Assembly (NCBI GenBank): GCA_002269645.1
Contig: NIVC01004004.1
Span: 1,111 to 65,110 of the forward strand
Direction: 5' to 3'
Origin: Macrostomum lignano
Lineage: Eukaryota
DNA: 64,000 nucleotides
The notes under the pieces are model-generated. The model saw nothing but the letters and a program-made list of their open reading frames with translations. It was not told where the DNA came from and made no database searches. This document shows, piece after piece, positions 38,933 through 51,749 of this stretch; the first letter of the stretch is position 1, and the number at the start of each line of letters is the position of its first letter. A program made the translations under genes and the position numbers.

Positions 38933-41357
38933 TAAGAAGTGCTTCAGCATATGCTCAGCACATTCTTCCCGAGGGTACCCACTGCTAGATCGGAACCCAA
39001 CCATTCGATGGATGGAGCCACCCTAGCGGCGGGCATTATCACTGAAGACTTAATCGCTAGTGCGGTCAGAACCTTCAAGCCCTTCAAATCTCCTGGACCT
39101 GATGGTATCTACCCTGTTCTTCTTCGTGAAGCAGCCAAGATACCCTCGTTCTTGAGACTCACCCGCAATCTCATGCAGGCCTCTATCCAACTGGGATACG
39201 TTCTCAAGTGCTGGACCAAAGCTCGGGTAGTCTTCATTCCCAAACCTGGGAAGGTGACTACCAGAGCGTCAAGGCATTTAGGCCAATTAGCTTAACGTCA
39301 GCAATGCTTAAGCTCACTGAGAGGCTTATTCTCTGGCGGCTGCTTTCTTGCGAGCTGACAGCAATGCCCCTCAGCAATCATCAGCACGCCTTCCGTACCG
39401 GGAGGTCGACTGACAGTGCCCTGCATGCGATAGTCTAGAAGATTGAACGGGCGGACTGGGTGACGTTTACGCCCTGGCTCTTTTTCTCGACATTGTTGGC
39501 GCCTTCGACAACGTTATCTTTGAAGCGTTTCAGAGGGCCCTTCAAAACCGCAAAGCTCACGCTACCCTCATACGGTGGATCATGTACATGATCTCTAACC
39601 GTACGGTCACTGCCCAACTTCTAGGGCAAACTGCCTCCGCCAGAGTCTGTAAGGGTGGACCCCAAGGCGGAGTCCTCACCCCGACGCTCTGGAACCTGGT
39701 CATGGACGCTCTCCTGGGCGACCCTCGACCTGATCCCGTCTTCAAAGTCGGGTATGCTGACGACGTCACTGCCATTGTGGCTGGGCCGTCCCCCAGCACG
39801 CTCAGGGATCTGATGCAGAGCTTTATCCGCAAAGCAGAATCTTGGGCCAATGACAACGGTCTGGAACTCTCTGAGCCCAAAACTGTTGCCATTACGTTCA
39901 CCAGCAGAATACGCTGGAACATACGACCTCTGCAGTTATACGGCAGAGATATTGCCTTCGCGCACCAGACCAGATGTCTCGGGGTCATACTTGACCACCG
40001 GCTCAACTGGTCCTTCCACGTGAAAGCAAAAGCCAAGCGTGCCTCAGCCATCCTGGCCCAGCTCCGACGAGCACTTGGCACTTCTTGGGGTCTATCCCCA
40101 AAGCGGCTTTGGTGGATCTACACTTCCGTAGTAAGACCTGCCATTACGTACGCCTCGGTTGTCTGGGTTAGCGCTACCCAGGTCAATAGCCATGCAGATT
40201 TGCTCAACACGATCCAAGGCAGAGCGTGTAGGCTTATCTGCAACGCCACCAGGTCCACGCCCTTTGCCGGCATGGGGCCTTCCTTAATCTACCGCCTCTC
40301 GACCTCTTCGTCAGGGGTGAGGCGGCTAGAACGACGCGGTGTTTACTTGATGCCGGTGTCAAATTCCTTTACATGAGGGCACCTGCTAAGCGGAACCTCG
40401 TCCCGCATAGCGACCTGTGCCTCAACATTCTCAACGAGTGTCAGGCCAATCGCGTCTTCACCGATGGCATTGTCTCAACGCTCAACCTGAGACAACGCTA
40501 CTCCGTAGCTATCGACTCGCGCGATACCATCAATGACCACTGAAACCCTGGTGAGCTTCACTGCTACACCGACGGTTCTAAGCAGTCAGCCAACACCGGT
40601 TTTGGTGTTGGAATCTTCCTGAACTGGAGGGTCCATTTTCCATTCGGACAGCCAAGCTGCCTTGCACGCCATCAGTGGCTGTAGTACCAATTCTGCTACA
40701 GTCATCGACTGTATCAAACTCCTCAACATGTTGGGCTCCACCAACAAAATCACCCGTAAGTGGGTTCCGGAGCATGTGGGGATCCGAGGGAATGAGTTGG
40801 CTGACGCCCTTGCAAAATTTGGCGCCTCCGGCTCCTCTCTCGGTCCCGAACCCCTTGTCCCGATTCCTGGCTATGTCATCGACTCGCGCATCAAAGCGTG
40901 GATCAGGACCCAGCACCGCTCGACTTGGGCGAACTGCACTACCTGCAGGCAATCCAGAGGCGCTGTCCCTCAGCCCTCTCACCAGCTCCGGAAGCTCCTC
41001 TTGCGCCTCTCGCGCAGAGACATCCGGGCTGCCACCATGACCCTCTCAGGTCACGGCTGCTTCTCTAGGCACCAGTACCTGCAGGACTACGCCACCAACG
41101 CCATCTGCAGTTTCTGTAACTCAGGTGACGAAACCGCTGAACATTTCGTCAGCATCTGTCCCGCCTTTACGCGAGCCAGACTCACTTACCTCGGGCCACA
41201 CACATATATTACTGAAGCGTGCAAACCCGAAAACTTTAATCAGCTCATGCGCTACCTCCGGGCCACCCACAGGGCTGAACTCTCCTTTCCAGAGAACACT
41301 ATAGCTGCTGGCGACACTGGGGGACCTCCCTGGGCGGCGCCAACCCTTCGTCCATAG
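38933..41357 (+). pseudogene. LINE ORF2 remnant (RT, RNase H, C-terminal CCHC) with several stops and frameshifts; its upstream piece lies at 36396-36566
   Basis: FKPFKSPGPDGIYP, FRPISLTS, QHAFRTGRST, GGPQGGVLTPTLWNLVMD, GYADD, CYTDGS, WVPEHVGIRGNELADALAK and CSFC..ETAEHFVSIC. Confidence 0.93.
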
Positions 41358-41699
41358 CTCGTAGCGACGCGTCGGCCGTTCAGGGATTAGCGGAATGGGC
41401 GCTCGCGCCTTCCCGCTGTGTCCCCCCGGGACAGCCCTGCAGCTAGCCTAACCTAACCTAATGCTGAGTTTGTCCTTGGCCAGTGAGAAAGTTCTCAGGT
41501 AGCTCAGAGGTAGCATCAGAGTTCATATGTGACTACAAAGGTCAACTAGAACATAATTGTTAACATTAGGCCGCGCCAGCCTAACTGGCAGGTGTGCAAC
41601 CAACAGCTCAGCTGCAGCTATCGCGGGGGGCTTCATATTACCGGAATTTCACAACGCCGAAAATTATGCATGGTCCTGGTTATATAAGTTTTCTACGAT

Positions 41700-41968
41700 G
41701 TGAAATTTTGGCCTTCTGAAGATTCGGTGTTATGAAGGACCATGCAGTAGTTTTCGGCCTTGTGAAGATTCGGTGTTATGAAGGACCATGCAGTAATTTT
41801 TGACCTTGTGAAGATTCGGTGTTATGAAGGACCATGCAGTAATTTTCGACCTTGTGAAGATTCGGTGTTATGAAGGACCATGCAGTAGTTTTCGACCTTG
41901 TGAAGATTCGGTGTTATGAAGGACCATGCAGTAGTTTTCGGCCTTGTGAAGATTCGGTGTTATGAAAG
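41700..41968. repeat. 46-bp tandem repeat, ~6 copies
   Basis: Unit TGTGAAGATTCGGTGTTATGAAGGACCATGCAGTAGTTTTCGACCT. Confidence 0.92.
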
Positions 41969-42059
41969 CGACGCCTTATTTACTGCGAGGCGCATCTGAA
42001 GGCTGCGTACGGCTGTTCAGTCCAAGGACTGGGGGGGGGGTCGTCACACACACCGTCAA

Positions 42060-42205
42060 TTATCTCAGCTAATGCTGGTACCCATTTACAGCTGGGTGAA
42101 CTGAAGCAATGCAGAGTTAAGCGTCTTGCTCAAGGACGCAAATTGTTCCGATTGTGTCAAGAATCGAACCCCGACCTTTCAGTCGTGAGTCCGACGCTGT
42201 AACCG
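42060..42205 (-). mobile_element. tRNA-derived SINE fragment with a CORE-like segment
   Basis: Minus strand: tRNA-like head with B-box GGTTCGATTC, followed by GTCCTTGAGCAAGACGCTTAAC..CCCAGCTGTAAATGGG. Confidence 0.6.
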
Positions 42206-42847
42206 AAGCTGGAATTATAAAAAGCTCCAAAACTACAAGATAAAGCAGGTTTGGAAGCTTGCTTGCTTCTTCAGTGTCAGAATCAAGCGAATGCGTCCTG
42301 GATGACCTCGCGTCACCTCTTGGTTACAGAACGCGATTCGGGTTGATTAGAAATTCAGAAGAGCAGGAAGAAAACTCGGTGCGTTCACTTTTCCATGTTA
42401 AGTTGTAATGTGCATTGCTAACTATGACATATTGCCCTAAGTATTTGGAGCTCCGACAATCCTGGCTGAGTTGATCTGAACGCGTGTGAGAGGAAAAGAC
42501 ACACACGCACACACACCGAGAGAGAGAGAGAGAGAGAGAGACAGAGGCGGGACCCGAAAGCAGCTGGTGTCAATAACGATCACTGAATTTATGACAGCCA
42601 ACCCATTACTGTGCGCGAGACGTGCGGAAGGTTGCGCCAGCTCTGATCCGACCCAACCCCCATGTAGCCCCCCCCGAACCAATGCAGAGTAATTATAAAG
42701 CAGCTTAGCAAACATGCAGGTCTCTGCAACAATCTGCTGCAGAATAAGGTGCTTGTTTACTTGCTGGAAAGGACACTCAGACAGTCTGCTGTCGAAGCGA
42801 TTCGTTGCGTAAATCTCTCCTTTGTCCAGGTGAACCCGTTCATTACA

Positions 42848-44700
42848 ATGGCCGACCAGTTGCACTCCGATTCCGATTCAACAGGTGAGCTAAGTAGGCA
42901 TTTAAAAATAGGATTCATTTCTCTATTTCTATAATTTAGGCAACCGTTTCCAGGAAAATGTTACCTTGGAAGAGTAAAATTATATCGGGGAAAGATGAGC
43001 TCGATAGAGGATGCACTCGAGGCAGATAAACGCATGCCCCTCGCGTTACATGCGTTCGATTAAGGTTGCCAGAGGACAGGTAGACAAGCAGGTAGGTCGG
43101 GGGAGGCACACAGGTAGGCAGGTGACTGTTAGCTACTATGCAGAAGTTAGTACACAGGGTGTGTTCCATTATCTCTATGCACATTGACTGCTCCGGTTTC
43201 TACCAAAAACCTGTTTTATTTTATTACTAATTTCCATTATTGCTCCACCAGCCCAGAACGGCAACGCCAAGAAGCAGCAGGACGCCACATCGATAGTGGA
43301 GAGGCGCCAACGAGATCATCTGCTCGGGGAGATGTCGAGTGCCTACAAGAGCGTCATCAGCATGGTTGGAGAGAACCCGGAGCGGCAGGGACTGAAGAAG
43401 ACTCCGGAGCGAGCGGCCAAGGCAATGCTGTTCTTCACTAAAGGTGAGAGGCTGCGATTCAAAATGCGCATATCTAGTTGGGACACGTAGAGGTCACAAT
43501 TGGACCACTAGAAGTTACCGTTGTACATGGTATTAGCCCGAAATCATATTTTTAACAGAATTGAAATATTCTGCTCTTCAGGCTACGACGAGACAATCGA
43601 CGACGTTCTTAACGAAGCTATCTTCGACGAGGACCACGACGAAATGGTAGTAGTGAAGGACATCGAGATGTTCTCAATCTGCGAGCACCACATGGTGCCG
43701 TTCATTGGCAAAGTCTCCATTGGCTACTTGCCGAATAAGCGGGTTCTGGGGATCAGCAAGCTCGCCAGGATTGTGGAGATCTACAGCCGGAGAATGCAGG
43801 TGCGCATCTGTGGACTTTTTGTAGGTGTGGTAGCTATAGGCACCGCTGGGATCGGGACTGATATGGGATCGGGACTGATATGTGATCGGGACTGATATGG
43901 GATCGGGACTGATATGGGATCGGGACTGATATGGGATCGGGACTGATATGGGATCGGGACTGATATGGGATCGGGACTGATATGGGATCGGGACTGATAT
44001 GGGATCGGGACTGATATGGGATCGGGACTGATATGGGATCGGGACTGATATGGGATCGGGACTGATATGGGATCGGGACTGATATGGGATCGGGACTGAT
44101 ATGGGATCGGGACTGATATGGGATCGGGACTGATATGGGATCGGGACTGATATGGGATCGGGACTGATATGGGATCGGGACTGATATGGGATCGGGACTG
44201 ATATGGGATCGGGACTGATATGGGATCGGGACTGATATGGGATCGGGACTGATATGGGATCGGGACTGATATGGGATCGGGACTGATATGGGATCGGGAC
44301 TGATATGGGATCGGGACTGATATGGGATCGGGACTGATATGGGATCGGGACTGATATGGGATCGGGACTGATATGGGATCGGGACTGATATGGGATCGGG
44401 ACTGATATGGGATCGGGACTGATGGCAGGGACTGATGGCATTGTGAAGCCAATCAAGCCGATCCCAAACTACAATGTAATGCAACAGGTCCAGGAGCGCC
44501 TGACAAAGCAAATAGCGATGGCCATCACGAAGGCTGTGCAGCCAAACGGGGTTGGAGTGGTGGTGGAGGCCACGCACATGTGCATGGTGATGCGAGGAGT
44601 GCAGAAGATCAACGCCGTCACCGTCACTTCCACCATGCTGGGCTGCCTTCGCGACGATCCAAAGAGTCGAGAAGAATTTCTCAGCCTGATTAAGAAATAA
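42848..44700 (+). CDS. GCH1: GTP cyclohydrolase I, exons 42848-42884, 43252-43443, 43582-43799, 44488-44700
   Basis: [57 protein letters not shown]|VQERLT and [11 protein letters not shown]. All introns are GT-AG with consistent phases; the short first exon is least certain. Confidence 0.96.
43846..44425. repeat. 17-bp minisatellite (GGGATCGGGACTGATAT) filling GCH1 intron 3
   Basis: Direct reading. Confidence 0.96.
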
Positions 44701-46327
44701 ATTCAATCGCTAACTGTACTTAGTGTGTGAACTAAATATAGTGTGAACTATATTTGTTTTTCATTGCTGTGGAAAATATATTAACTGTTTATGGTTTTGG
44801 ATTCATCAAATTTTAATCGTATTCATGTACTCTGGTGCTCTTTTTGATGCGATGGATTAAACTACTTGACCCAAACTAAAAGGTTGCCTGAAAAATGTGT
44901 TGCAGACATCTTATTTATAAACTTTTTCTATGTTGTATATCTAATTATAAATGCATCAATCAATTATATCTGATACATATGCATCAGGTGGACGTAAGTT
45001 ATATAGTTTGTACTCATCATTTGGCAAAGATTCCTTCAAAATTTAATGATAGATTTCCTCTCCTGCTATGTTCAAATTTCTAATTCATATGCGGTTGTTT
45101 ATTAAACCAGAAAATAGGAACAAAATATAACGAGAGATGATTCGTCTTATTATAGACATTTTTTGCTCAGAACAACTGATTAACAAGCAAACCTCTCAGG
45201 CAAGTCTTGCAAATAACAGGGCTGAAATTAAAGAGAGTAAAATTATTCGAGCTTTTATACAATTTTACTTTTTCAGCACCAAGGCGGACAAACAGGTATT
45301 TCGAAATTTAAGCTTCGCGAAGTTGTGCAAAGAACATACGGTAAAATACGTGTACTGATTGAGTTTTTATGGAAACAACTGAAAAGTTAAAACAAAATTT
45401 CGAGAAACAATATAAAATAAATAAATTATCGCCATAAACTACGCTTTCTTGCTTTAATAATAACTTCAGTAACACTTTATAGCCTGGAAAACTTTTAACA
45501 CTTACAGATTTTAGCGTTTGTAGTAGTTTAACTTTGAATGTACTAACTAATTTTTAAATCAAGTTGATGAGAGGAAAAAAAACTTACCATGCAAGGTCAC
45601 TAAAATTTAAGTTGTAGAGAGCTTCATAATCTCACGAATAGTTATGCAGAGTTTAATTGCGCCATCGCTTTAAAATTAGCAGTAGTAAACCAATAAATAT
45701 TAAGGAATAATGATCTGCTGCGCAAAAATGAATACGAGCTCAACTTCAACGTCATCAGTTCAATCTAGTTCTATCGTCGAGGTCGACAAAAATTGTAAAC
45801 TAAGTGTAAGTTAAATTAGATTTTTCAAATTAGAATAGTGAAAATAATGCTTGGTAAGCAGCAATGCTTTTTAATACAGTGATGTTATTAACACTTAGAA
45901 AGACATTAAGAATAAGATGCGCAAATTTAAACATACGAGCGTAATTGACTTAAATTTTCTTTGTGTTGAATATTTCAAACTTCTCATTCAAGGATTACAG
46001 AAATAAGAATTTTATGTACCCATACAAACTATTTAATGATACTTCTTTATATAATCTATATAAAAAATCAGGACTTTCAGAAATACAGTTAATTGAAAAT
46101 CAAGCAGACATAATACAAATAATAAAGTGATTTTAAATGTGTTTCTAATAATTTTATTAGCTTTAATTTGTCTTTTCGAAATCACAAGCAATTAGTGCCA
46201 AATAAAAAGCTCACTAAATTAAAAAAGATTGAAATCCCTATTTAAATATTGTTTAAGTACAGTACAAAAATTTCTGAAAGCATCTGTCTATTCAATCTGA
46301 TGCAACACTGGTGCCCAAACTCGACAG

Positions 46328-47525
46328 GCATCGATCGCTGCGTACAAGAAAGCTGTGGAAGCAGAGACGGAGCAGAAATTTGTCGCGGCTTTTTGGCTCT
46401 ATCGCCAAGCAGCCCAACAGATGTCAGAAGCGCTGGCAGAACGTCCAGAACTGAAGCATTTTGTCACCGATGGCGGTTCAGCGGCTGCTGAACTGCTGAG
46501 GATCAGCACCAGTAGGGCTTTGGAGCTGCACCGTGAACTCAAAATTGAAGGTTATTTTTTGCCTTTATGCATCCGCTTTATTGTTCAAAACACGTCACAG
46601 GGCGTGCGTCATGAGCCATCCTAAAGAAGAAAGATCGTGCATAACTGCAGTAGATCGAAGGACCCCACACACTCGGTTTTCTTAGAAATGAGCTGGAGGC
46701 CGGTAAGGATATAGCAAGCTCCGGAGAACGCATAGCTCTGAATGGGATTCTACCATAGACAGAATCGATCGATAAAACGATAAATACCGATTTCTCCAGA
46801 GCATATGCTAGAAGATCGAATAATAGCGTCCTTTGTACTCCAGTTGTTCATGGGGCAGATAGCTGTGGATATTTCAGTGGATCATCGAAGTAGTAAAGTT
46901 CAGCCAAGCCAAGGTTCAGACCGCCACTATTTTCCTTTTTGTAGTACCAGCGTCTCCCGAAGTGCTGGCTGCTCGAGCTGCTGTCGAGCGTCTTCTTTTG
47001 CAAAGTTTCACGCCCCTGCCACCATCGCCAACGCTACAACTCACGGATTTTTCGACGCAGGCCTCAGCAACCAGCAGTCGCCTTGCCGACACAGCTGGTT
47101 GGGTCTCCGCACTGATTGTCGGGCCAACGGCCGCCACCGATCTGGTGATTGCCGCCGCGATGGCGGACTGTCCAGACGGTGTGGCTGAAACAGCAGATAT
47201 TTCGGCCGCGATTTCAATCGCCACAGTTGAGTCCGAGCGCTGCTCGAGAATGGGTCGACTTCTCATGTCCGAGCTGATGCAGAGACCGGGTCTTTTGTGC
47301 CTGCGCCAGCTGGACTGCCTGTTCAACAGCGACAGCGTCATCTCCTCCGAGCTGCGTACGGAGCTTCTGGTTCGAGTCCACGCCTTGCGGAGCGCCGCTG
47401 GCGCCAGCGGAAGGAGCAGCGGCGTCCGAGTTTCTCGGTCCCGAATTCTGGCCACCGCTGCCAGCGCCGACGCCATTCCGAGCAGCGCCAGGCGAAGACT
47501 GTTCGACCTTCAGCTGTCCTGCTGA
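46328..47525 (+). CDS. MIT-domain protein with a degenerate AAA+ domain (VPS4/spastin/katanin-like layout), exons 46328-46550 and 46945-47525; 5' exon not located
   Basis: MIT-like helices AYKKAVEAETEQKFVAAFWLYRQAAQQM. A GT-AG phase-1 intron joins to an AAA-like core with ALIVGP, LLCLRQLD, ELRTELLVR, ILATA and ARRRLF. Confidence 0.6.
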
Positions 47526-48239
47526 CAGATTCCCACTCACTGTCTTTCAAAAGTGCTTTCAATTCCTGTCTTTTTTCACGCATCTTATATAACCATGTCA
47601 TATGTAAATAGTACATGTTTACTCTGTCGGGTTTCAAGAAATTCTCAAAGAAATATACCGGGATTTCTGGCGAATCGCAATGTAGGCGATGATGACTGCT
47701 TCAGTGGATGGCTGCTGTAACTAACTGCTGCATATAGCAGATCCTTATAAAACATAGAGCTTCGTTGCTCTGCTTTTGTTGACATAAAGCGACCGTTCTT
47801 TGGTACGAGCCTACATGTACATCTTACAGTCTGACAAGCAGCCATTTGACAAAACTCTCATTTACATTGTGTCCAGTGTACAGCCCAATTAGTTATAGCT
47901 ATACATTGTACACTAGATCTGCAGGTACATGTTACTCGTATCTGCATCTACAATCGCATAAGCGAGCTAAGCAGAATCCTAAAAATACGATCTTAAGTGC
48001 CCAGCTTAGCTCGCGAATTCATGATGCAATGATACGAGTAATTTCAAAGTTCAGATCAGCGTTGATAAGCAACCAGCCTCGTGCAACTGTGATGCATTCA
48101 GAAAAGAAGGAAGAAATTAAAATAGCTGTGTCATGATGTGTATCGCATCGTCTACATGCAGTTGTTTTTCACTCGTGAATAAGTTGTTTGTTCATTTGTC
48201 ATTTCACCACAAATCCTCACGTTGAGACAAACTTCATCA

Positions 48240-49175
48240 TCAGCCAGCAGTGATCAGCATGTGGTCGGCCAGTACGGCCTGATCATTCCAGACTCCGGCA
48301 CTCGGGTTGTACACGATTCTGGGTAGTCCGGTGCCGTTGCCGCCCAGGTTGGCCCAGGCGCAGATTTCGATCTTCTCCACCACGGCCAGGACGCCAGAGT
48401 CGTCGTTGCAAGTTGAAAAAGTGGTGTTGATGAAGAATGTGCGATTGTGGTAGCTACCGGAGCCCACGCTGGAGGAGCCGATGATGGAGAAGAAATTGTA
48501 CGACCTGCCGGGTAGGCTCATTTCCGGCTCGCTGCCGACCAGTCGCGACGGGTCGAACCAATTCATGAAGTTGAGTTCGGCAAAGCTCGCATCGAACGCG
48601 ATCTTGAGCACAGTTTTGCCAGCTGTGACCAGCTCGATGGACAGAGTCTTTGCTGTTATAAGTTTCACGAGATCCGACAGTCGGTCGAGCCAGCAGGACC
48701 GCCAGAAGGTCGCGGGAGGCGGCCCAACGTCCGGTGACATGAGCAGAGTCTCGTTGCACCCGTCCGGCTTCAGGTACGAGTCCAGCACTTTCACCTGGCT
48801 GCCGGAGCTCACGGCGAACAGCACGATTCGCGGCTGAGCCTTGGACACCGGCAGCAGCACCGTCTGCTGGTCGGACTCGTTCGCCCGAACCTGGTCGCAC
48901 CAGCTCAAGACGTCGCAGACTCCGGCCTGGTCGGTGGTCGCGTACCGGACGAAACCGGGCTCAGCCGCCTGTTGCTTGAGCAGCAGCCAGTTGCTCAGAC
49001 AGTCCAGAAGGCTCCTTACCGGCTCCTTGAGCATCGATCGGCAGCCGGTGAGAGCTCCGGGCAGTGCCAGCTGCTTGAAAGTCTCCGAGTCCTGACTTGT
49101 TGGGTCTTCGCTGCAGACAGACGAGGCTGAAAACGCCAGCAGCATGAGGAGGCTGGTGAAACTCTGAGAATGCAT
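48240..49175 (-). CDS. Secreted Cys-containing protein, 311 aa, possible PAN/apple-like N-terminal domain plus an uncharacterised C-terminal domain
   Basis: Signal peptide; C..WC and GVCDV pattern; C-terminal NWFDPSRL..FSIIG..RTFFIN..C.ND.G.L.VVE..CAW; GC-rich codon usage like neighbouring genes. Confidence 0.7.
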   Translation of the reverse strand: MHSQSFTSLLMLLAFSASSVCSEDPTSQDSETFKQLALPGALTGCRSMLKEPVRSLLDCLSNWLLLKQQAAEPGFVRYATTDQAGVCDVLSWCDQVRANESDQQTVLLPVSKAQPRIVLFAVSSGSQVKVLDSYLKPDGCNETLLMSPDVGPPPATFWRSCWLDRLSDLVKLITAKTLSIELVTAGKTVLKIAFDASFAELNFMNWFDPSRLVGSEPEMSLPGRSYNFFSIIGSSSVGSGSYHNRTFFINTTFSTCNDDSGVLAVVEKIEICAWANLGGNGTGLPRIVYNPSAGVWNDQAVLADHMLITAG

Positions 49176-49943
49176 TCGCTAGAGCTTCCAACTTAAAACG
49201 TGCTGTTGTTAATCTTTTTCAGGAAGGAGCAAAGCATGCACTCAGGGAAAAAGAAAAGGGAGGATTCTCCAGTTTCGTATTTATACAGAATTTTATACAA
49301 AAGAAAGGAGACATCATAGCATGCATTAGGCTTTGCTCCGATATCCTTTGGTTTGATTGACGTGCTTAAGCAGAGCGATTTGCATAAGAAGTAGCTGGCT
49401 GCTTTGTTGAATACGCATGAATAAAGTTTCTTTTTTGATAACGTGAGCCATTTCGATCTGTCAATAAAGTCTGTCAATAGTCTCACAGAAAACGCTGAAT
49501 TTTGTTTTGAAGAGACTGAGCACCCATTTCTTCATGCAATATTTCGATTGCATTTATCCTTTCTTTAGCCACGTCCGGTCTGCAAAAGGATAAAACACTG
49601 AACTACCAGCATATGGTTTCTTTGTCAAGTGCTTCACGTCTTTCCCTGGTATACTTTTAAAGCGTAGTCCAAACGGATAAAAAGATTCGCATGAGTCGCA
49701 GAATTTTCTTTACTCAGACCGTTTCAACTTATGCAAAGGCCTATTCTGCAGAGACTCAACGCATGAAAAGTCATCAGAAGTCTTTATTTGAACTTTTAAC
49801 AAAGTAACCAAATGGAAAAAAAATTGAATTAGCAACAAAACGGCACGAGCTATTAGCCAACAGGACTCATACGATGGACAAACATGTCAGTAAAGTTTCG
49901 TCATTGTGCGCCGTCTTCCATAGCGAACTGGCAGAAACTCTTC

Positions 49944-51080
49944 TCAGGCCAGCCGCAGCATCAACCGGATGCTCTTCAGCGCGTTCGCTCTGTCTGTCGT
50001 GGCACCCCACCAGATCATTGAGCTTGCATCCTTTATGGCAGAGAAACGGTAAATTCCGTTTGGATTCGTCTTTAAACAGTGTTTATACCACCAGCCGCCG
50101 TAGCCATAGACTGCGGAACAGTGACGCATGCTGTCAACGTCATTGTCCCTGTCGAAGGTGGAGAACTGCATTCCCCGGTGATAAGTGAGCGAGTCTTCGC
50201 TCATATTAGAATTGCCAACCAGGTACGAGTCTAAGGTCATCTTGTAGTTGGCGCTGGCATCGCCCACGGTGAAGCCGGAGTACTCGCAGACAAACAGGGC
50301 ATCCGACCACGCGACGGCCTCGATTCTCAGAAGCCGCGGATGATTTCCACTCAATTCGTGGATTTTTCTCAGACCTGAAAGGCAATAAATTTTAGAGAAA
50401 ACTGAACCTGTTACTGGGAGTTCGGACTCTCAGGAAGACTGAAAATCATGATTCACTCGCCAATCCAGAAGTCAGAGCTGTCTCCGAAGCCGTTCTCGTA
50501 CTCCGACCAGTTCCTGGCAAAGCTCACGCTGCCGTTGATTCGCTGCTGAATCAGGTAGAAATGTCTTCCCTCGACGATGTCTGGAATTGGAAGGTTGGTA
50601 AAACTTCATAGGTGTGAATTCTGATTCGTTTAAACGAGGTAATATTAGTTTTTAATAGCTCAGTAAATCGTCAATTTTGTGCCACTTACAAGGCTCAAAG
50701 GCTGACTCGTCAGCTGGTCGGCGGAACACCTGGCCGCTGCCACCAGCAGCCCCGAAGTCGGCATTCCACAGGGCAGACAGCAGGCAGAGACCCGATTCCG
50801 GTACGAATGTCACAGCCGAGCAGACAAGGCTGCCCAGCCACTCGCATTTCATCGCGCAGTCTCGCTCGTTCCGACCCGACAGAGCTCTATAGATTGAGCT
50901 GACTGTCGAGTTCAGAGGCTGACTGGAGAACTCTGCAAGAAGCGAGAGCATTTTCGCAAATAATCAGGGTTGCAGATTGCCAGAGTCAATTACTGAGCAA
51001 TTATTCATCTTACCGGCGGCAGTACAAACGGAGACTAGCAGAGCCAGATTCACAGTTGCCAACAAGCAGCAGCTCCACAT
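49944..51080 (-). CDS. PAN/apple plus fibrinogen C-terminal domain protein (paralog 1), exons 51080-51014, 50932-50690, 50580-50461, 50374-49944
   Basis: Signal-peptide exon; DCAMKC..C...C PAN pattern; FReD motifs QQRINGSVSFARNWSEYENGFG, DFWIG|LRKIH, FSTFDRDND and GGWWYKHC. Intron 3 needs a GC donor. Confidence 0.88.
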
Positions 51081-51749
51081 GCAGCTTCAGTTTTGGCTCC
51101 TTTACGTAATTTTTATTGCTGCTTTGACGTGTCAATACCGTTCTAGTTTGAGCTTCGGGCTTATATATGCTGAAAAAGTCATCTTAAATTGCATGGCATC
51201 CAAATTAACCAGACGGAGGGTAAACATCGTCAGGTTGTTTAATGGAAGCGTAATGGGATGATGGAGCTGAAGAGGATGCTTCTTAGACCACTTCAGTGAA
51301 ACTTTGGAGGTGTTAATCTTGCTGTGTGGTCAGAATTGAATTACAGCTTATGACAGATGGACTGTTTACTCCATTTAACTTCGATCCCTAGGGTGTCTAC
51401 AGGTAATTCAATGATAATGGTTCATAATTGTTCTTCAGCTCATTCAGAGTGTCAATTTCTGTGCATCGTTGAGCAAATTTGAGAATTTTAACCTCCATTA
51501 AGTTCCTATTACTTACATATATTACTACATATTACTACATATTACTACATATATAAGACCAAAACTCCCTGGGCAATTAGTGATTCACAGAGTGATTGTA
51601 GTAAGCACTCCTTATTTATATTATACTTATTAACATTTTGACTGCTTTTAGTCTCTTCATCCCTTTCCAACAAGTTACGAAATATGCAGAAACTTGTTTT
51701 AGCTTAGAGTTTAGGAGCTGAGGAAATGCATGAGAAATTTTGCGACTGA

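Larger units (their letters stand above)
34976..41456 (+). mobile_element. Decayed non-LTR retrotransposon (LOA/R1-like, RT plus RNase H) containing a nested piggyBac
   Basis: Direct repeat CCTAATGCTGAG at 34964-34975 and 41457-41468 (TSD), a 3' (CCTAA)n tail, and ORF1 and ORF2 remnants between them. Confidence 0.9.

Noticed and set aside
38636-39004. 123-aa N-terminal extension of the transposase ORF
   Set aside because: It runs through the transposon end into antisense LINE sequence; the ATG at 38635 before the acidic tract is the plausible start
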